The notes under the pieces were generated by a model that was not told where the DNA came from, searched no databases, and saw nothing but the letters and a program-made list of their open reading frames with translations. A program made the position numbers and the translations under genes. From Candidatus Omnitrophota bacterium (GTDB lineage Bacteria > Omnitrophota > Gorgyraeia > Zapsychrales > Fredricksoniimonadaceae): a DNA stretch of 64,000 bases. The DNA is taken from NCBI GenBank assembly GCA_028870995.1, contig JAGWOI010000005.1:39807-103806 (forward strand). The letters run 5' to 3'. Positions 19,514 through 28,609 of the stretch are shown here, piece by piece. The number at the start of each line of letters is the position of its first letter. The stretch's first letter is position 1.

Positions 19514-20530
19514 ATGGTTCTTAATGACACGCTCGACAGACCTTTGCATGATTTGCGGATTTCGCTTATCGATCGCTGCAACTTTCGCTGCCCGTACTGC
19601 ATGCCATCTGAGAAATTTCATCATGCCTATCGCTTTCTTGACAAGAACCAATGGTTGACTTTCGAAGAGATTGCCCGCATGGCCCGGATTTTTGTGGAGA
19701 TGGGGGTGCGCAAGCTGCGCCTGACCGGAGGCGAGCCTTTGCTCAGGCCGCGCCTGGACGAGCTTATTTACGAACTTTCGGCCATAGAGGGCCTTGAAGA
19801 TTTGGCCCTGACCACCAACGGCTCCATGCTCTCCGAGTGGTCCTACCGTCTGAAGGCCGCCGGCCTGCACCGGCTGACGGTAAGCCTCGATACGGTGGAT
19901 CCGGAGGTATTCCATCAGATGAGCGGCGGACGGGGTGATCTCAACGAAGTATTGGGCGGTATCCGTACGGCTGAAGAAGCTGGATTCGGGGCCATTAAAA
20001 TCAACACCGTCATCCAGCGCGGGGTCAATGACCACACCATGTTGGATTTAGTCAGGCATTTCCGGGGCACACCTCATACTGTACGCTTTATTGAATATAT
20101 GGACGTCGGTAATCAAAATCATTGGGACAATGCCCAGGTCGTGCCCTCCGGCGAGATCTTTAAAAAGATCAACGCCGAATTTCCGCTGCAGCGTATCGAT
20201 GGGACCCAGAACGGCGGCACATCGGAGGTCTATCGCTTTCAGGACGGCCGGGGTGAGGTGGCTTTCATTTCTTCGGTGACCAAGGCCTTTTGCGGCACCT
20301 GCAACCGCCTGAGGTTATCGGCAGACGGCAAGCTGTACACCTGTCTTTTTGCCACTCGAGGCACAGATATCGGGGGGCATTTAAGGCAAGGCCAGTCTGA
20401 CGAAGCCCTAAAGGATGTCATCCGGCAGGTTTGGCGCCGCAGGGATGACCGTTATTCCGAGATCCGCTCCAAACTTCCTCGCGGCACCCAAGCCTTACCA
20501 AAGGTTGAAATGTACCAAATCGGCGGGTAA
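19514..20530 (+). CDS. moaA: GTP 3',8-cyclase (molybdopterin biosynthesis radical SAM enzyme)
   Basis: LRIS..DRCNFRCPYC, RLTGGEP, FCGTCNRLR...YTCLF, C-terminal IGG. Confidence 0.96.
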   Translation: MVLNDTLDRPLHDLRISLIDRCNFRCPYCMPSEKFHHAYRFLDKNQWLTFEEIARMARIFVEMGVRKLRLTGGEPLLRPRLDELIYELSAIEGLEDLALTTNGSMLSEWSYRLKAAGLHRLTVSLDTVDPEVFHQMSGGRGDLNEVLGGIRTAEEAGFGAIKINTVIQRGVNDHTMLDLVRHFRGTPHTVRFIEYMDVGNQNHWDNAQVVPSGEIFKKINAEFPLQRIDGTQNGGTSEVYRFQDGRGEVAFISSVTKAFCGTCNRLRLSADGKLYTCLFATRGTDIGGHLRQGQSDEALKDVIRQVWRRRDDRYSEIRSKLPRGTQALPKVEMYQIGG

Positions 20531-20557
20531 TATATAAAGATTCACCTTGGGAGAGAC

Positions 20558-22126
20558 ATGGCGAATTTCATTGCCTTGCTTTGGGTGGCGTTCATATTAG
20601 CGGCCTCGGTGTTTTTTTCATCGACGGCTCTTTTAGAACTTGTTCAGCGTAAAAAGCTGAAATTCGATAAAGGGCTTTTTTTGTCATTGTCGGCCTGTTT
20701 GTTGGGGCTGTTCCTGTGTCTTTCAATACGTCCAGCGTTTTACCGCGTTTATCACGATGAATTAGCCTACATTTCACAATCCGTAAACATCCTTTCTCGG
20801 GGCAAGCCCGACATTCTTTTAAAAGGAAGCCGTTTTCGACCGGAGGCTCTCGCGCCTTTTACTGCCGATGCCAAGCTTCCTGGTTTTGCCTGGCTTAATG
20901 CCATCGCCCTGTTTCTAACCAAGGATTTCAGGCATAGCGGTTTTGTTTTAAATTTGATTTTGGGGACTTTGTGCATAGCGGTTATGCATAGGATCGTCTG
21001 GAGCCTTACTTCAAGTCAGATAATGGCTTGGTGGGCGGCGGTCTTCCTGGCCTGTCTGCCGGCACGTATCACCTATGCCATGTCCGCCGATTGCGATATC
21101 GCGGGGATGTTTTTCTTTTTATTGTTCCTTCTTTTCATTATTGAATACCAGCAGACAATCAGCCGGAGAATTTTTTATGCCTCGGTTTTCTGCGGCGTCT
21201 ATAGCGTTTGTATCAAACCGTTTTATGCAGCCTTTGTTGTGTTGATCTTAGCGGGCGCACTTAATTTTTACCGTCGGCAGGGAAGCTTGGATAAGAAATT
21301 TCATTCCCGGATCTTGGTGGATATCTTTTGTTTATTCCTGCCTGTCTTGAGTGCTCTGGTTTGCATATTGCTTTTTTATAGAAATGCTTCCTCTTACTGG
21401 TCATTTCTGTTTATTCCTAAGAATATTTTTACCAGTCTTCTTTATTTATTTGACCCGTATCAGAATACGCTGCTAATGACATTGGCGGCACTGGTCGGGA
21501 TGACCTATGGTCTTTTCAAGAATGACCTTTTGGCCCAAACTCTGTCCAGGTGGTTTATCATAGCTCTTGCGGTCCTTTCCATGTTCTGTGCAGGGGGTAT
21601 CTGCTATCCGGGGCAAGGTTATTCGGATAGGTATTTTTTGCCATTAAGCATTCCCTTGATATTTTTGGCTGCCAGAGGCGTGGCGGTTTTCCTGACCATG
21701 ACATCAAGTCGCTATTTCTTGGGGGGACTGTTTGGTATGGCGTTGGTGCTCAATGCTTTTCTGGCCTCACATCATCTTACCCAGGAGGCCAAGGATGGGT
21801 TTCACTACCAGAAAGGCTTGATCCTGAAAGAGGTATTCCCTTATGTTCCTAATGACGCATATATGCTGGATGCCTGCGCCGCCGTGATCACCACCATGAG
21901 TTCCCGAAGGGCCATTCAGACCAAATTGTTCCTGGATGGGGATCATCCTTCTAAGATCGTTTATTTGCAGGGTATTGCGGACGATCTTTATAATTCCGAC
22001 GATCCCAGGAACATGGCCCTAGTCAAACAAATCCTTCACGCCCAATACCGATGCAGGGCCTTGACCGCTTCGCCTATCCGGGAGGGGCGTTTATCCGCCA
22101 CACCGTTTCTGTGCACCAAAAAGTAG
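20558..22126 (+). CDS. Polytopic membrane protein, probable GT-C fold glycosyltransferase (PMT/ArnT-like)
   Basis: Many TM helices; YHDELAY acidic motif in an early loop; RYFLP motif; soluble C-terminal domain. Confidence 0.65.
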   Translation: MANFIALLWVAFILAASVFFSSTALLELVQRKKLKFDKGLFLSLSACLLGLFLCLSIRPAFYRVYHDELAYISQSVNILSRGKPDILLKGSRFRPEALAPFTADAKLPGFAWLNAIALFLTKDFRHSGFVLNLILGTLCIAVMHRIVWSLTSSQIMAWWAAVFLACLPARITYAMSADCDIAGMFFFLLFLLFIIEYQQTISRRIFYASVFCGVYSVCIKPFYAAFVVLILAGALNFYRRQGSLDKKFHSRILVDIFCLFLPVLSALVCILLFYRNASSYWSFLFIPKNIFTSLLYLFDPYQNTLLMTLAALVGMTYGLFKNDLLAQTLSRWFIIALAVLSMFCAGGICYPGQGYSDRYFLPLSIPLIFLAARGVAVFLTMTSSRYFLGGLFGMALVLNAFLASHHLTQEAKDGFHYQKGLILKEVFPYVPNDAYMLDACAAVITTMSSRRAIQTKLFLDGDHPSKIVYLQGIADDLYNSDDPRNMALVKQILHAQYRCRALTASPIREGRLSATPFLCTKK

Positions 22127-23056
22127 TTACCAAAAGCCTTCGGGGTTGGAGGGCAGGGTGGTCTTGAATTTTCCCGCAAAACGCACTTCTCTGACCAGTT
22201 GCAGGCCGAATTTCTGACGGACCGCTTCCATCATTTTAAGATGCAGGTCATGCACGTCCTGGGCACTGGCGCCCTGGCCTTTGACGATGATATTCGCATG
22301 TTTGGGGAAGACATAGGCGCCGCCTACTTTCATGTTTTTGGCGCCGGCATCTTCCAGGAACGAACCGGCGGCCTGGCGGCGTTCGGCTTTTGAAGTCGGT
22401 TCGATATTACGGAAGAAGGAGCCAGCGCAGGGCTCATGGTCAAGGTCTGGGTGTTTTTCGGCGCGCTTTTTTAGGATCTCCGCACGTTCACGGGCCAGGA
22501 CGATGGGGTCGCCCGGTGCCAGCATGAAGGTAACGGAGACTATGATCTCATGGGTTTCCTTAAGCCGGGAATGGCGGTAAGAGAACCCGAAGTGATCGAC
22601 ATCGACCGTTTTAAGGCGGCCTTCCTGGTCCAGGATTTGGGCACGGACCAGGACATCGCCGACCTGTTTGCCCCAGGCGCCGGCATTGCCAAGGACGGCT
22701 CCTCCGACCGAGCCGGGAATGCCTGTCGTATAATTTAAGCCTTCCAATCCTTCATCCACACAGAAGACGGCCAGATCGTCTAGGATGGTGCCGGCCGCCA
22801 CGTCCACTTCGTAACCCTTGCGTTCGATCAAGGGTGTGCGCGAGAAGTAGCGTATCACCGTGGCGTCAATCCCCAAGTCGGAGACCACCAGGTTGGAGCC
22901 GCCGCCGATCAGCACAAAAGGAGCATTGTCCTTCTTCAGTCTTTGGACGGTTCTGATGAGTTCGTCAGGATGGGCGCATTCGATCAAGCAGGGGCAAGGG
23001 CCGCCCAGTCGAAAAGTGGTGTATTCGCAAAGCAAGGCAGGAGAGCGGGTTTTCAT
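22127..23056 (-). CDS. murB: UDP-N-acetylenolpyruvoylglucosamine reductase
   Basis: TTFRLGG, GGGSN, GIPGSVGGA..GNAGA, AGSFFRN, HAN; ATG 23056 avoids overlap with moaE. Confidence 0.95.
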   Translation of the reverse strand: MKTRSPALLCEYTTFRLGGPCPCLIECAHPDELIRTVQRLKKDNAPFVLIGGGSNLVVSDLGIDATVIRYFSRTPLIERKGYEVDVAAGTILDDLAVFCVDEGLEGLNYTTGIPGSVGGAVLGNAGAWGKQVGDVLVRAQILDQEGRLKTVDVDHFGFSYRHSRLKETHEIIVSVTFMLAPGDPIVLARERAEILKKRAEKHPDLDHEPCAGSFFRNIEPTSKAERRQAAGSFLEDAGAKNMKVGGAYVFPKHANIIVKGQGASAQDVHDLHLKMMEAVRQKFGLQLVREVRFAGKFKTTLPSNPEGFW

Positions 23057-23060
23057 AGGA

Positions 23061-23492
23061 TTAAACAGCGGGCTTTTGGCTGCCTTGGATCCATGCTTTG
23101 CCGCCGTCGGTGTAAAATTCTTTTTTCCAGACGAGCAGCCTTTTTTTGATTTCTTCAATGATATAACGGCAGGCTTTAAAAGCTTCATCACGGTGAGGGG
23201 CCCAGACACCGATCCATACGGCGGTTTCGGACACTTTCAGGCGGCCTATCCTTTGGATGCAGACGGCATTAGTGATGAAAAAAGCGGACAAGGCTTCCTT
23301 GATTATTTTTTCACCTTCCGCAAGGCAGGCGGGATGGTCGGCGATGTACAAAAGTTCGCCCACCGTGTGGCCCTCGATCTCATCCGCACGCACCATGCCC
23401 TCAAAGGTGACCAGGGCGCCGTTTTGGGACGGATCGGCGTATCTTGCCCTGGCTTGGGATATGTCAATGGCATTTTCTTGGAGGATGAACAT
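23061..23492 (-). CDS. moaE: Molybdopterin synthase catalytic subunit
   Basis: GALVTFEGMVR, RIGRL, APHRDEAF, VWKKE. Confidence 0.9.
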   Translation of the reverse strand: MFILQENAIDISQARARYADPSQNGALVTFEGMVRADEIEGHTVGELLYIADHPACLAEGEKIIKEALSAFFITNAVCIQRIGRLKVSETAVWIGVWAPHRDEAFKACRYIIEEIKKRLLVWKKEFYTDGGKAWIQGSQKPAV

Positions 23493-23747
23493 TTAATAAG
23501 TGACTTTCACTACACCGCCTAAGATCTTGCATTGGCAGCCTAAGCGGTGAGTGCGGTCCATGGCCAGATCCGTTTCTTCCTTGTTTAATTCATTGATATT
23601 CTCCGCGCCTTCCAGGATCTCAATCTGGCAGGTGCCGCATACCCCGGAATTGCAGGAAAAAGGGATGCCCGCCGCTTCGCAGGCTTCGGCCATCTGCTGT
23701 CCGTCGGGGATCTCATAAGACACGTTATCGATGATCAATTTGGCCAT
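23493..23747 (-). CDS. Plant-type [2Fe-2S] ferredoxin
   Basis: CNSGVCGTC...RLGCQ. Confidence 0.92.
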   Translation of the reverse strand: MAKLIIDNVSYEIPDGQQMAEACEAAGIPFSCNSGVCGTCQIEILEGAENINELNKEETDLAMDRTHRLGCQCKILGGVVKVTY

Positions 23748-23750
23748 AGA

Positions 23751-24677
23751 TCATTCTTTAAATTGTAACACCGGAAATACGATATTTTTTTCAGGATTGT
23801 TGAATTCGTGGACGACCGTTTCAGGATGAAAGATTTTGATCTTATTGATAATCTCATCCACCAAATACCGCGGTACGGAAGCGCCTGAGCTTATCCCCAC
23901 GCGTTGTTTGCCTTTTAATATGGAACAATCCAGTTCAGCGGCCGTGTCCACGATATGGCTTTCCACGCCCACGTGTTCACCTGTTTCCCGCAGCCGGTTG
24001 CTGTTGGAAGAATGGGGAGAGCCGCAAATGATGATGATATCACAAAAAGAGGCCAGCTCCTTGACGGCATCCTGCCGGTTTTGGGTGGCATAGCAAATGT
24101 CCGAACGCAGGGGGCCGATGAGTTTGGGGAACATGCTCTTTAACTTTTCGATGATGTTCTTGGTCTCATCGACGGACAAGGTGGTCTGGGTCAAATAGGC
24201 CACGGTTTTGGCGGGATCGATGTCCAAATAATCGACATCCTTTTCGGTCTCCACAATGTGCAGCAGGTCCGGGGCTACATAGCCGGAGGTGCCGATCAAT
24301 TCCTGGTGCCCGACATGGCCGATGAGGATGGTGTCGATCTTTTGATCGGAGAATTTTACTGCTTCTTTATGCACCTTGGTGACCAGCGGACAGGTGGCGT
24401 CGACAAATTTCAGATGGCGCTGGCGGGCCTCCTTGATAAGATCAGGGGGGATGCCATGGGCGCTGAAGATAATGCGCGAGCCCGGCGGCACATCTTTTAA
24501 GTTCTCCACAAATTTGATGCCGCGCTCCTTCATGTCATTGACGACAGAGGTGTTATGCACGATGTCATGGTAGACATAAAGCGGGGTTCCGTAGGTTTTC
24601 AATGCCAGTTCGACGATATCAATGGCGCTGGCCACCCCTGCACAGAATCCTTGAGTTTTTGCTAAGAATATTTCCAT
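23751..24677 (-). CDS. ispH: 4-hydroxy-3-methylbut-2-enyl diphosphate reductase
   Basis: GFCAGV, IVHN, SAHG, DATCPLV, QTTLS, ICYATQNRQ, SSNS. Confidence 0.97.
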   Translation of the reverse strand: MEIFLAKTQGFCAGVASAIDIVELALKTYGTPLYVYHDIVHNTSVVNDMKERGIKFVENLKDVPPGSRIIFSAHGIPPDLIKEARQRHLKFVDATCPLVTKVHKEAVKFSDQKIDTILIGHVGHQELIGTSGYVAPDLLHIVETEKDVDYLDIDPAKTVAYLTQTTLSVDETKNIIEKLKSMFPKLIGPLRSDICYATQNRQDAVKELASFCDIIIICGSPHSSNSNRLRETGEHVGVESHIVDTAAELDCSILKGKQRVGISSGASVPRYLVDEIINKIKIFHPETVVHEFNNPEKNIVFPVLQFKE

Positions 24678-24692
24678 ACTAAAGTGGAATGC

Positions 24693-24721
24693 TTGCTTTT
24701 TTCTGTTTGATTTTCTATAAT
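24693..24721 (+). promoter_or_regulatory. Sigma70 promoter for ispG
   Basis: TTGCTT 24693-24698, 17 bp, TATAAT 24716-24721. Confidence 0.7.
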
Positions 24722-24729
24722 ACGCGTCA

Positions 24730-24757
24730 ATTATAACATTTTTGGTTGGGGTGTAAA
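24730..24757 (-). promoter_or_regulatory. Sigma70 extended -10 promoter for ispH
   Basis: Minus strand TTTACA (24752-24757), 16 bp, TGtTATAAT (-10 at 24730-24735). Confidence 0.65.
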
Positions 24758-24765
24758 TTTAAAAA

Positions 24766-25992
24766 ATGGGTCTTGTTCATCGTCGAAAAACATCTGTTGT
24801 ACAGATCGGTTCCCTAAACCTGGGGTCGGACTTTCCGGTGCGTGTCCAATCCATGACCGACACGCCTACCTCTGATGTGCAAGCCACTCTCGCTCAAACC
24901 AGGGCGTTGATCGCAGCCGGTTCCGAGTTGGTGCGCTGGACAGTCAATGACGATGCGGCCGCCAAAGGGGCGGCTGAAGCTATCCGCCTTCTGCGTGAAG
25001 AAGGCATCAATACCCCGATCATCGGTGATTTTCATTTCAACGGACATATTCTTTTAAGGAATAATCCGCGGACCGCCCAACGGCTGGACAAATACCGCAT
25101 CAACCCCGGCAATGTGGGCAAGGGCCGTTTGCATGACGATAATTTTGCCCAGATTGTCAAAATCGCCATTGATAAAGGTAAAGCGGTGCGCATCGGCGTC
25201 AATTGGGGCTCTCTGGACCAGGAACTGTTGACGGAATTGATGGATGCCAACGCCCGTTCCTCCAAGCCCAAAGATTTCAGCGAGGTGACCCGCGAGGCCA
25301 TGGTGCAAAGCGCCCTGCGGTCGGCCGAATATGCTTTAAAACTGGGGCTGCCGAAAACAAAACTGGTCTTGAGCGTTAAAATGTCCGTCCTGCAGGACAT
25401 GGTGGCTGTTTATGAGCGTCTGGCCGCCGCATGCGATTGTGCCCTGCATTTGGGTTTGACCGAAGCCGGTGCGGATATCAAGGGCGCGGTATCATCGGCG
25501 GCCGCGCTTTCGATCCTGCTGCAGCAGGGCATCGGCGATACCATCCGGGTTTCGCTGACCCCGCAGCCCAAGGTGCCGCGTTCCAAGGAAGTGGAGGTTT
25601 GCAAGGAGCTTTTGCAGTCCATGGGCTTCCGTTATTTTGCGCCTTCGGTCACCAGCTGTCCCGGCTGCGGCCGGACAGCTTCCAACTATTTTCAGTACCT
25701 GGCGCAAGACATCAACAGCCATATCAAATTAAAAATGCCCTTGTGGCAGAAACAATATCCGGGTGTTGAAGAGATGAAGATCGCAGTCATGGGTTGTGTG
25801 GTCAACGGGCCCGGCGAGAGCCGCCATGCGGACATCGGCATCAGCTTGCCGGGCTCTTCCGAGAAACCCATAGCGCCGGTGTATATGGACGGCAAGGAGC
25901 ATAAGACCCTCAAAGGCGATCATATTAAGGAAGAGTTTATCGATATTCTGGAAGATTATATAAAGAAGCGCTACGGAAAGGTGTCCTTATGA
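24766..25992 (+). CDS. ispG: (E)-4-hydroxy-3-methylbut-2-enyl-diphosphate synthase
   Basis: VQSMT, RINPGN, RIGVNWGSL, HLGLTEAG, SCPGCGR, MGCVVNGPGE. Confidence 0.97.
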   Translation: MGLVHRRKTSVVQIGSLNLGSDFPVRVQSMTDTPTSDVQATLAQTRALIAAGSELVRWTVNDDAAAKGAAEAIRLLREEGINTPIIGDFHFNGHILLRNNPRTAQRLDKYRINPGNVGKGRLHDDNFAQIVKIAIDKGKAVRIGVNWGSLDQELLTELMDANARSSKPKDFSEVTREAMVQSALRSAEYALKLGLPKTKLVLSVKMSVLQDMVAVYERLAAACDCALHLGLTEAGADIKGAVSSAAALSILLQQGIGDTIRVSLTPQPKVPRSKEVEVCKELLQSMGFRYFAPSVTSCPGCGRTASNYFQYLAQDINSHIKLKMPLWQKQYPGVEEMKIAVMGCVVNGPGESRHADIGISLPGSSEKPIAPVYMDGKEHKTLKGDHIKEEFIDILEDYIKKRYGKVSL

Positions 25993-27056
25993 ACAGCGAA
26001 TCCAAGAAATTTTTGCGTGAGTTTTTAAGTCAATGCGGGCCGTCAGGCTTTGAAGAGTCCAGCCAGGCGGTATGGTCCCAAAGGACTAAAGCATATGCGG
26101 AAAAGATCCGCCGCGATGTGCACGGAAATGCCATAGCCGTACTAAACCCAAAGGCTGAATATAAAATCATGTTGGCCGGCCATTGTGATGAGATCGGCTT
26201 TATCGTCAGCCATATTACCGCCGAAGGTTTTTTGTGTGTGGTGCCCGTGGGCGGCATCGACAGTGGCGTTTTGCCGGGCAGCCAGGTCAAGGTGCAAGCC
26301 GAAGGCGGCATGATTGATGGGGTCATCGGCAAAAAGCCTATCCATTTGATGGAAGAAGCTGACCGCAATAAAAGTGTTGCCATCAAGGACCTTTGGGTCG
26401 ATATCGGCGCCAAGGACAGGGAAGATGCGCTTAAGGTGGTGGCCTTGGGCGATGCCGTCTCTTTTGCCCCTAATTATATGGAACTGCGCAACAATATTTT
26501 TTCTTCCAAAGGCTGCGATGACAAGACAGGCGCCTTTGTAGTCTCCGAAGTGATTAAAATTTTGAGCGGCCGTAAATTGCGCAAGGACATGGGGGTCTAT
26601 GCGGTGTCCACGGTCCAGGAAGAAGTGGGCCTGCGCGGCGCGCGCACCAGCGCTTACGGCATCAATCCTCAGGTCGGCATTGCCGTCGACGTGGGCTTTG
26701 CCTCGGACACGCCGGGCATCGATAAACGGATTGTAGGCGAAGTTTCTCTGGGGCACGGGCCGGTGCTGCATGCCGGGCCTGCCATCAACCGCATTTTAGG
26801 CAAGTTGTTCATTGATGTCGCCAGGCGCAAAAAGATCCCTTATCAATTTTCATCCCTGGGCCGTCCTGACGGCACCGATACCGGCGCCATGCAGTTAAGC
26901 CGCGACGGAGTGGCGACGAGCTTGATCAGCGTTCCCAACCGCTATATGCACACCATGGTGGAGACCTGTTCGCTGGATGACTTGGAGTCGTGCGCCAATC
27001 TGATCGCCGAAACCATTTTGGAGATCACTCCAAGAATGGATTTCATCCCGCGGTAA
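25989..27056 (+). CDS. M42 family metallo-aminopeptidase
   Basis: AGHCDEIG, DDKTG, QEEVGLRGA, GTD, RYMH. Confidence 0.93.
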   Translation: MNSESKKFLREFLSQCGPSGFEESSQAVWSQRTKAYAEKIRRDVHGNAIAVLNPKAEYKIMLAGHCDEIGFIVSHITAEGFLCVVPVGGIDSGVLPGSQVKVQAEGGMIDGVIGKKPIHLMEEADRNKSVAIKDLWVDIGAKDREDALKVVALGDAVSFAPNYMELRNNIFSSKGCDDKTGAFVVSEVIKILSGRKLRKDMGVYAVSTVQEEVGLRGARTSAYGINPQVGIAVDVGFASDTPGIDKRIVGEVSLGHGPVLHAGPAINRILGKLFIDVARRKKIPYQFSSLGRPDGTDTGAMQLSRDGVATSLISVPNRYMHTMVETCSLDDLESCANLIAETILEITPRMDFIPR

Positions 27057-27062
27057 AAAAAC

Positions 27063-27105
27063 CGGGACACATTGACTTTTTATTTTAAAAAGTCAATGTG
27101 TCCCG
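27063..27105. terminator. 20-bp perfect hairpin between convergent genes (probable bidirectional terminator); contains the GH26 stop codon
   Basis: CGGGACACATTGACTTTTTA 27063-27082 / TAAAAAGTCAATGTGTCCCG 27086-27105. Confidence 0.7.
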
Positions 27106-28043
27106 AGTTTCTCGAATAAATCCGGTGAGGATTGCAGGAAGCCATTCTTGATCTGCTGCAGCCATCTGGCCATGATCTCAGGGTCATCTTGAATTTGGGC
27201 ATCCCCCCAATGCATGGAACTGAATAAAGGGTAGGCGTCCCAATAGCTGTTGATATAGCAGACCACCTTGATATCTTCCGCATTAATGAAGTCGAAGAGA
27301 TGTTTAAACCATTCCCTTTTGACCCTGGTCGAGACTGAACCCACGGCCGAAGATTCCGCGATCATGAAGGGCTTGTGATGGTCCCGGGCCAGTTTTAAGA
27401 ATTTTTTTGCCGTGGCGATCTGCATGGGGTTGAAGATCGAGACCGCAAACCAGTCCACATAGTCATCGCCCGGATACCAGTCCATGAAATTTCCCTTGGA
27501 TTCTATAAGGCTCGCGGAATGCCAGACATAGGCCACGTTGGTCACGCCTAAGGCCCTTAAATGGTCTACGATATAGCGGTAGGCGACTTTGTAGGACAGA
27601 GGATCGTAATGATTGTCCGGCAGATCGAATTCATACCCGATCCTCAAATAGATCGGTCGGTTGGCGCGTTTGATCCAATCCGCCAGCTTGGCAATATTGT
27701 TGTCATATTTGCCCTCCCAGACTTGATCCAAGGCGCCCACCATGTACAGGCCCAATTGAAGGACGGTATGGGGATAATGGTTCACATAATATTGGGCCTG
27801 CATGATGCCGGCCCCATGGGTGGCCGGCTTAACCAGCCCGTCAACCGTCTGGATGGAGGTGTAGGACATGAACCCACCGGGCACAATTCCGATGCTCGCC
27901 AAATAGCCGTCGATGCTGTCGCGCTGCTGGCCGATGATGAGCAATTTACCTCCGTGAGGGATAAAAGGAGGGGCGGCTGCTTTGGCTAACCCGCCGCCGC
28001 AGATCATTGCCGTTACGAACACGACCTTAAGGAACGGTTTCAT
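27093..28043 (-). CDS. Exported glycoside hydrolase family 26-like protein
   Basis: Signal peptide; YLRIGYEFD acid/base, WYPGDDYVDW, PFMIAES nucleophile. Confidence 0.85.
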   Translation of the reverse strand: MKPFLKVVFVTAMICGGGLAKAAAPPFIPHGGKLLIIGQQRDSIDGYLASIGIVPGGFMSYTSIQTVDGLVKPATHGAGIMQAQYYVNHYPHTVLQLGLYMVGALDQVWEGKYDNNIAKLADWIKRANRPIYLRIGYEFDLPDNHYDPLSYKVAYRYIVDHLRALGVTNVAYVWHSASLIESKGNFMDWYPGDDYVDWFAVSIFNPMQIATAKKFLKLARDHHKPFMIAESSAVGSVSTRVKREWFKHLFDFINAEDIKVVCYINSYWDAYPLFSSMHWGDAQIQDDPEIMARWLQQIKNGFLQSSPDLFEKLGTH

Positions 28044-28510
28044 TTTAATGTACGTAAGGACTCGATGATTTCCTGCGCATGGCCTTCGGGTTTGACCTTT
28101 TCAAAAACCTTGGCGATCTTGCCGCTGGCATCAATGATAAAGGTCGTGCGGGCCACCCCCATGTATTTCCTTCCGTACATGGATTTTTCCACCCAGACCC
28201 CGTAGGCTTGACACGTTCTTTTGTCTTCATCCGCCAGTAGAATGAAGGGAAGTTTGAATTTGTTGATGAATTTGCCGTGGGAAGTAACGGAATCAGGGCT
28301 GACGCCTAGAACCACGGCGCCATGCTTTTCAAATTCCTTATAGTTGTCGCGTAACCCGCAGGCCTCGACCGTGCATCCTGGAGTGTCATCTTTAGGATAA
28401 AAATAAATGACGATTTTCCTGCCTTTCAAATCGTTTAAGGCAATATTTCCACCGCTGCTGGCGGGCAAATTAAAATCCGGAGATTCACTTCCTTGAGAAG
28501 GAATGGGCAT
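28040..28510 (-). CDS. bcp: Thiol peroxidase Bcp (peroxiredoxin Q)
   Basis: YFYPKDDTPGCTVEAC, RTTFIID; GAAAGGTG RBS before ATG 28510. Confidence 0.95.
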   Translation of the reverse strand: MPIPSQGSESPDFNLPASSGGNIALNDLKGRKIVIYFYPKDDTPGCTVEACGLRDNYKEFEKHGAVVLGVSPDSVTSHGKFINKFKLPFILLADEDKRTCQAYGVWVEKSMYGRKYMGVARTTFIIDASGKIAKVFEKVKPEGHAQEIIESLRTLK

Positions 28511-28609
28511 AGACACCTTTCTGCTAACCGATTTAATGACCCGCTAATTATATAATAAAAAAGATAAATTAGGAATATTACGGTATTTTTATGTTAAAAT
28601 TAAAACTCA

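Noticed and set aside
19381-19602. Short ORFs crossing the sufU-moaA gap
   Set aside because: Overlap real genes, lack RBS and recognisable composition
23057-23209. Extended murB N-terminus
   Set aside because: Overlaps moaE in another frame; ATG 23056 gives a typical length
23493-23747. Ferredoxin as a MoaD substitute (beta-grasp fold, abuts moaE)
   Set aside because: Has a full four-Cys [2Fe-2S] motif and no C-terminal Gly-Gly
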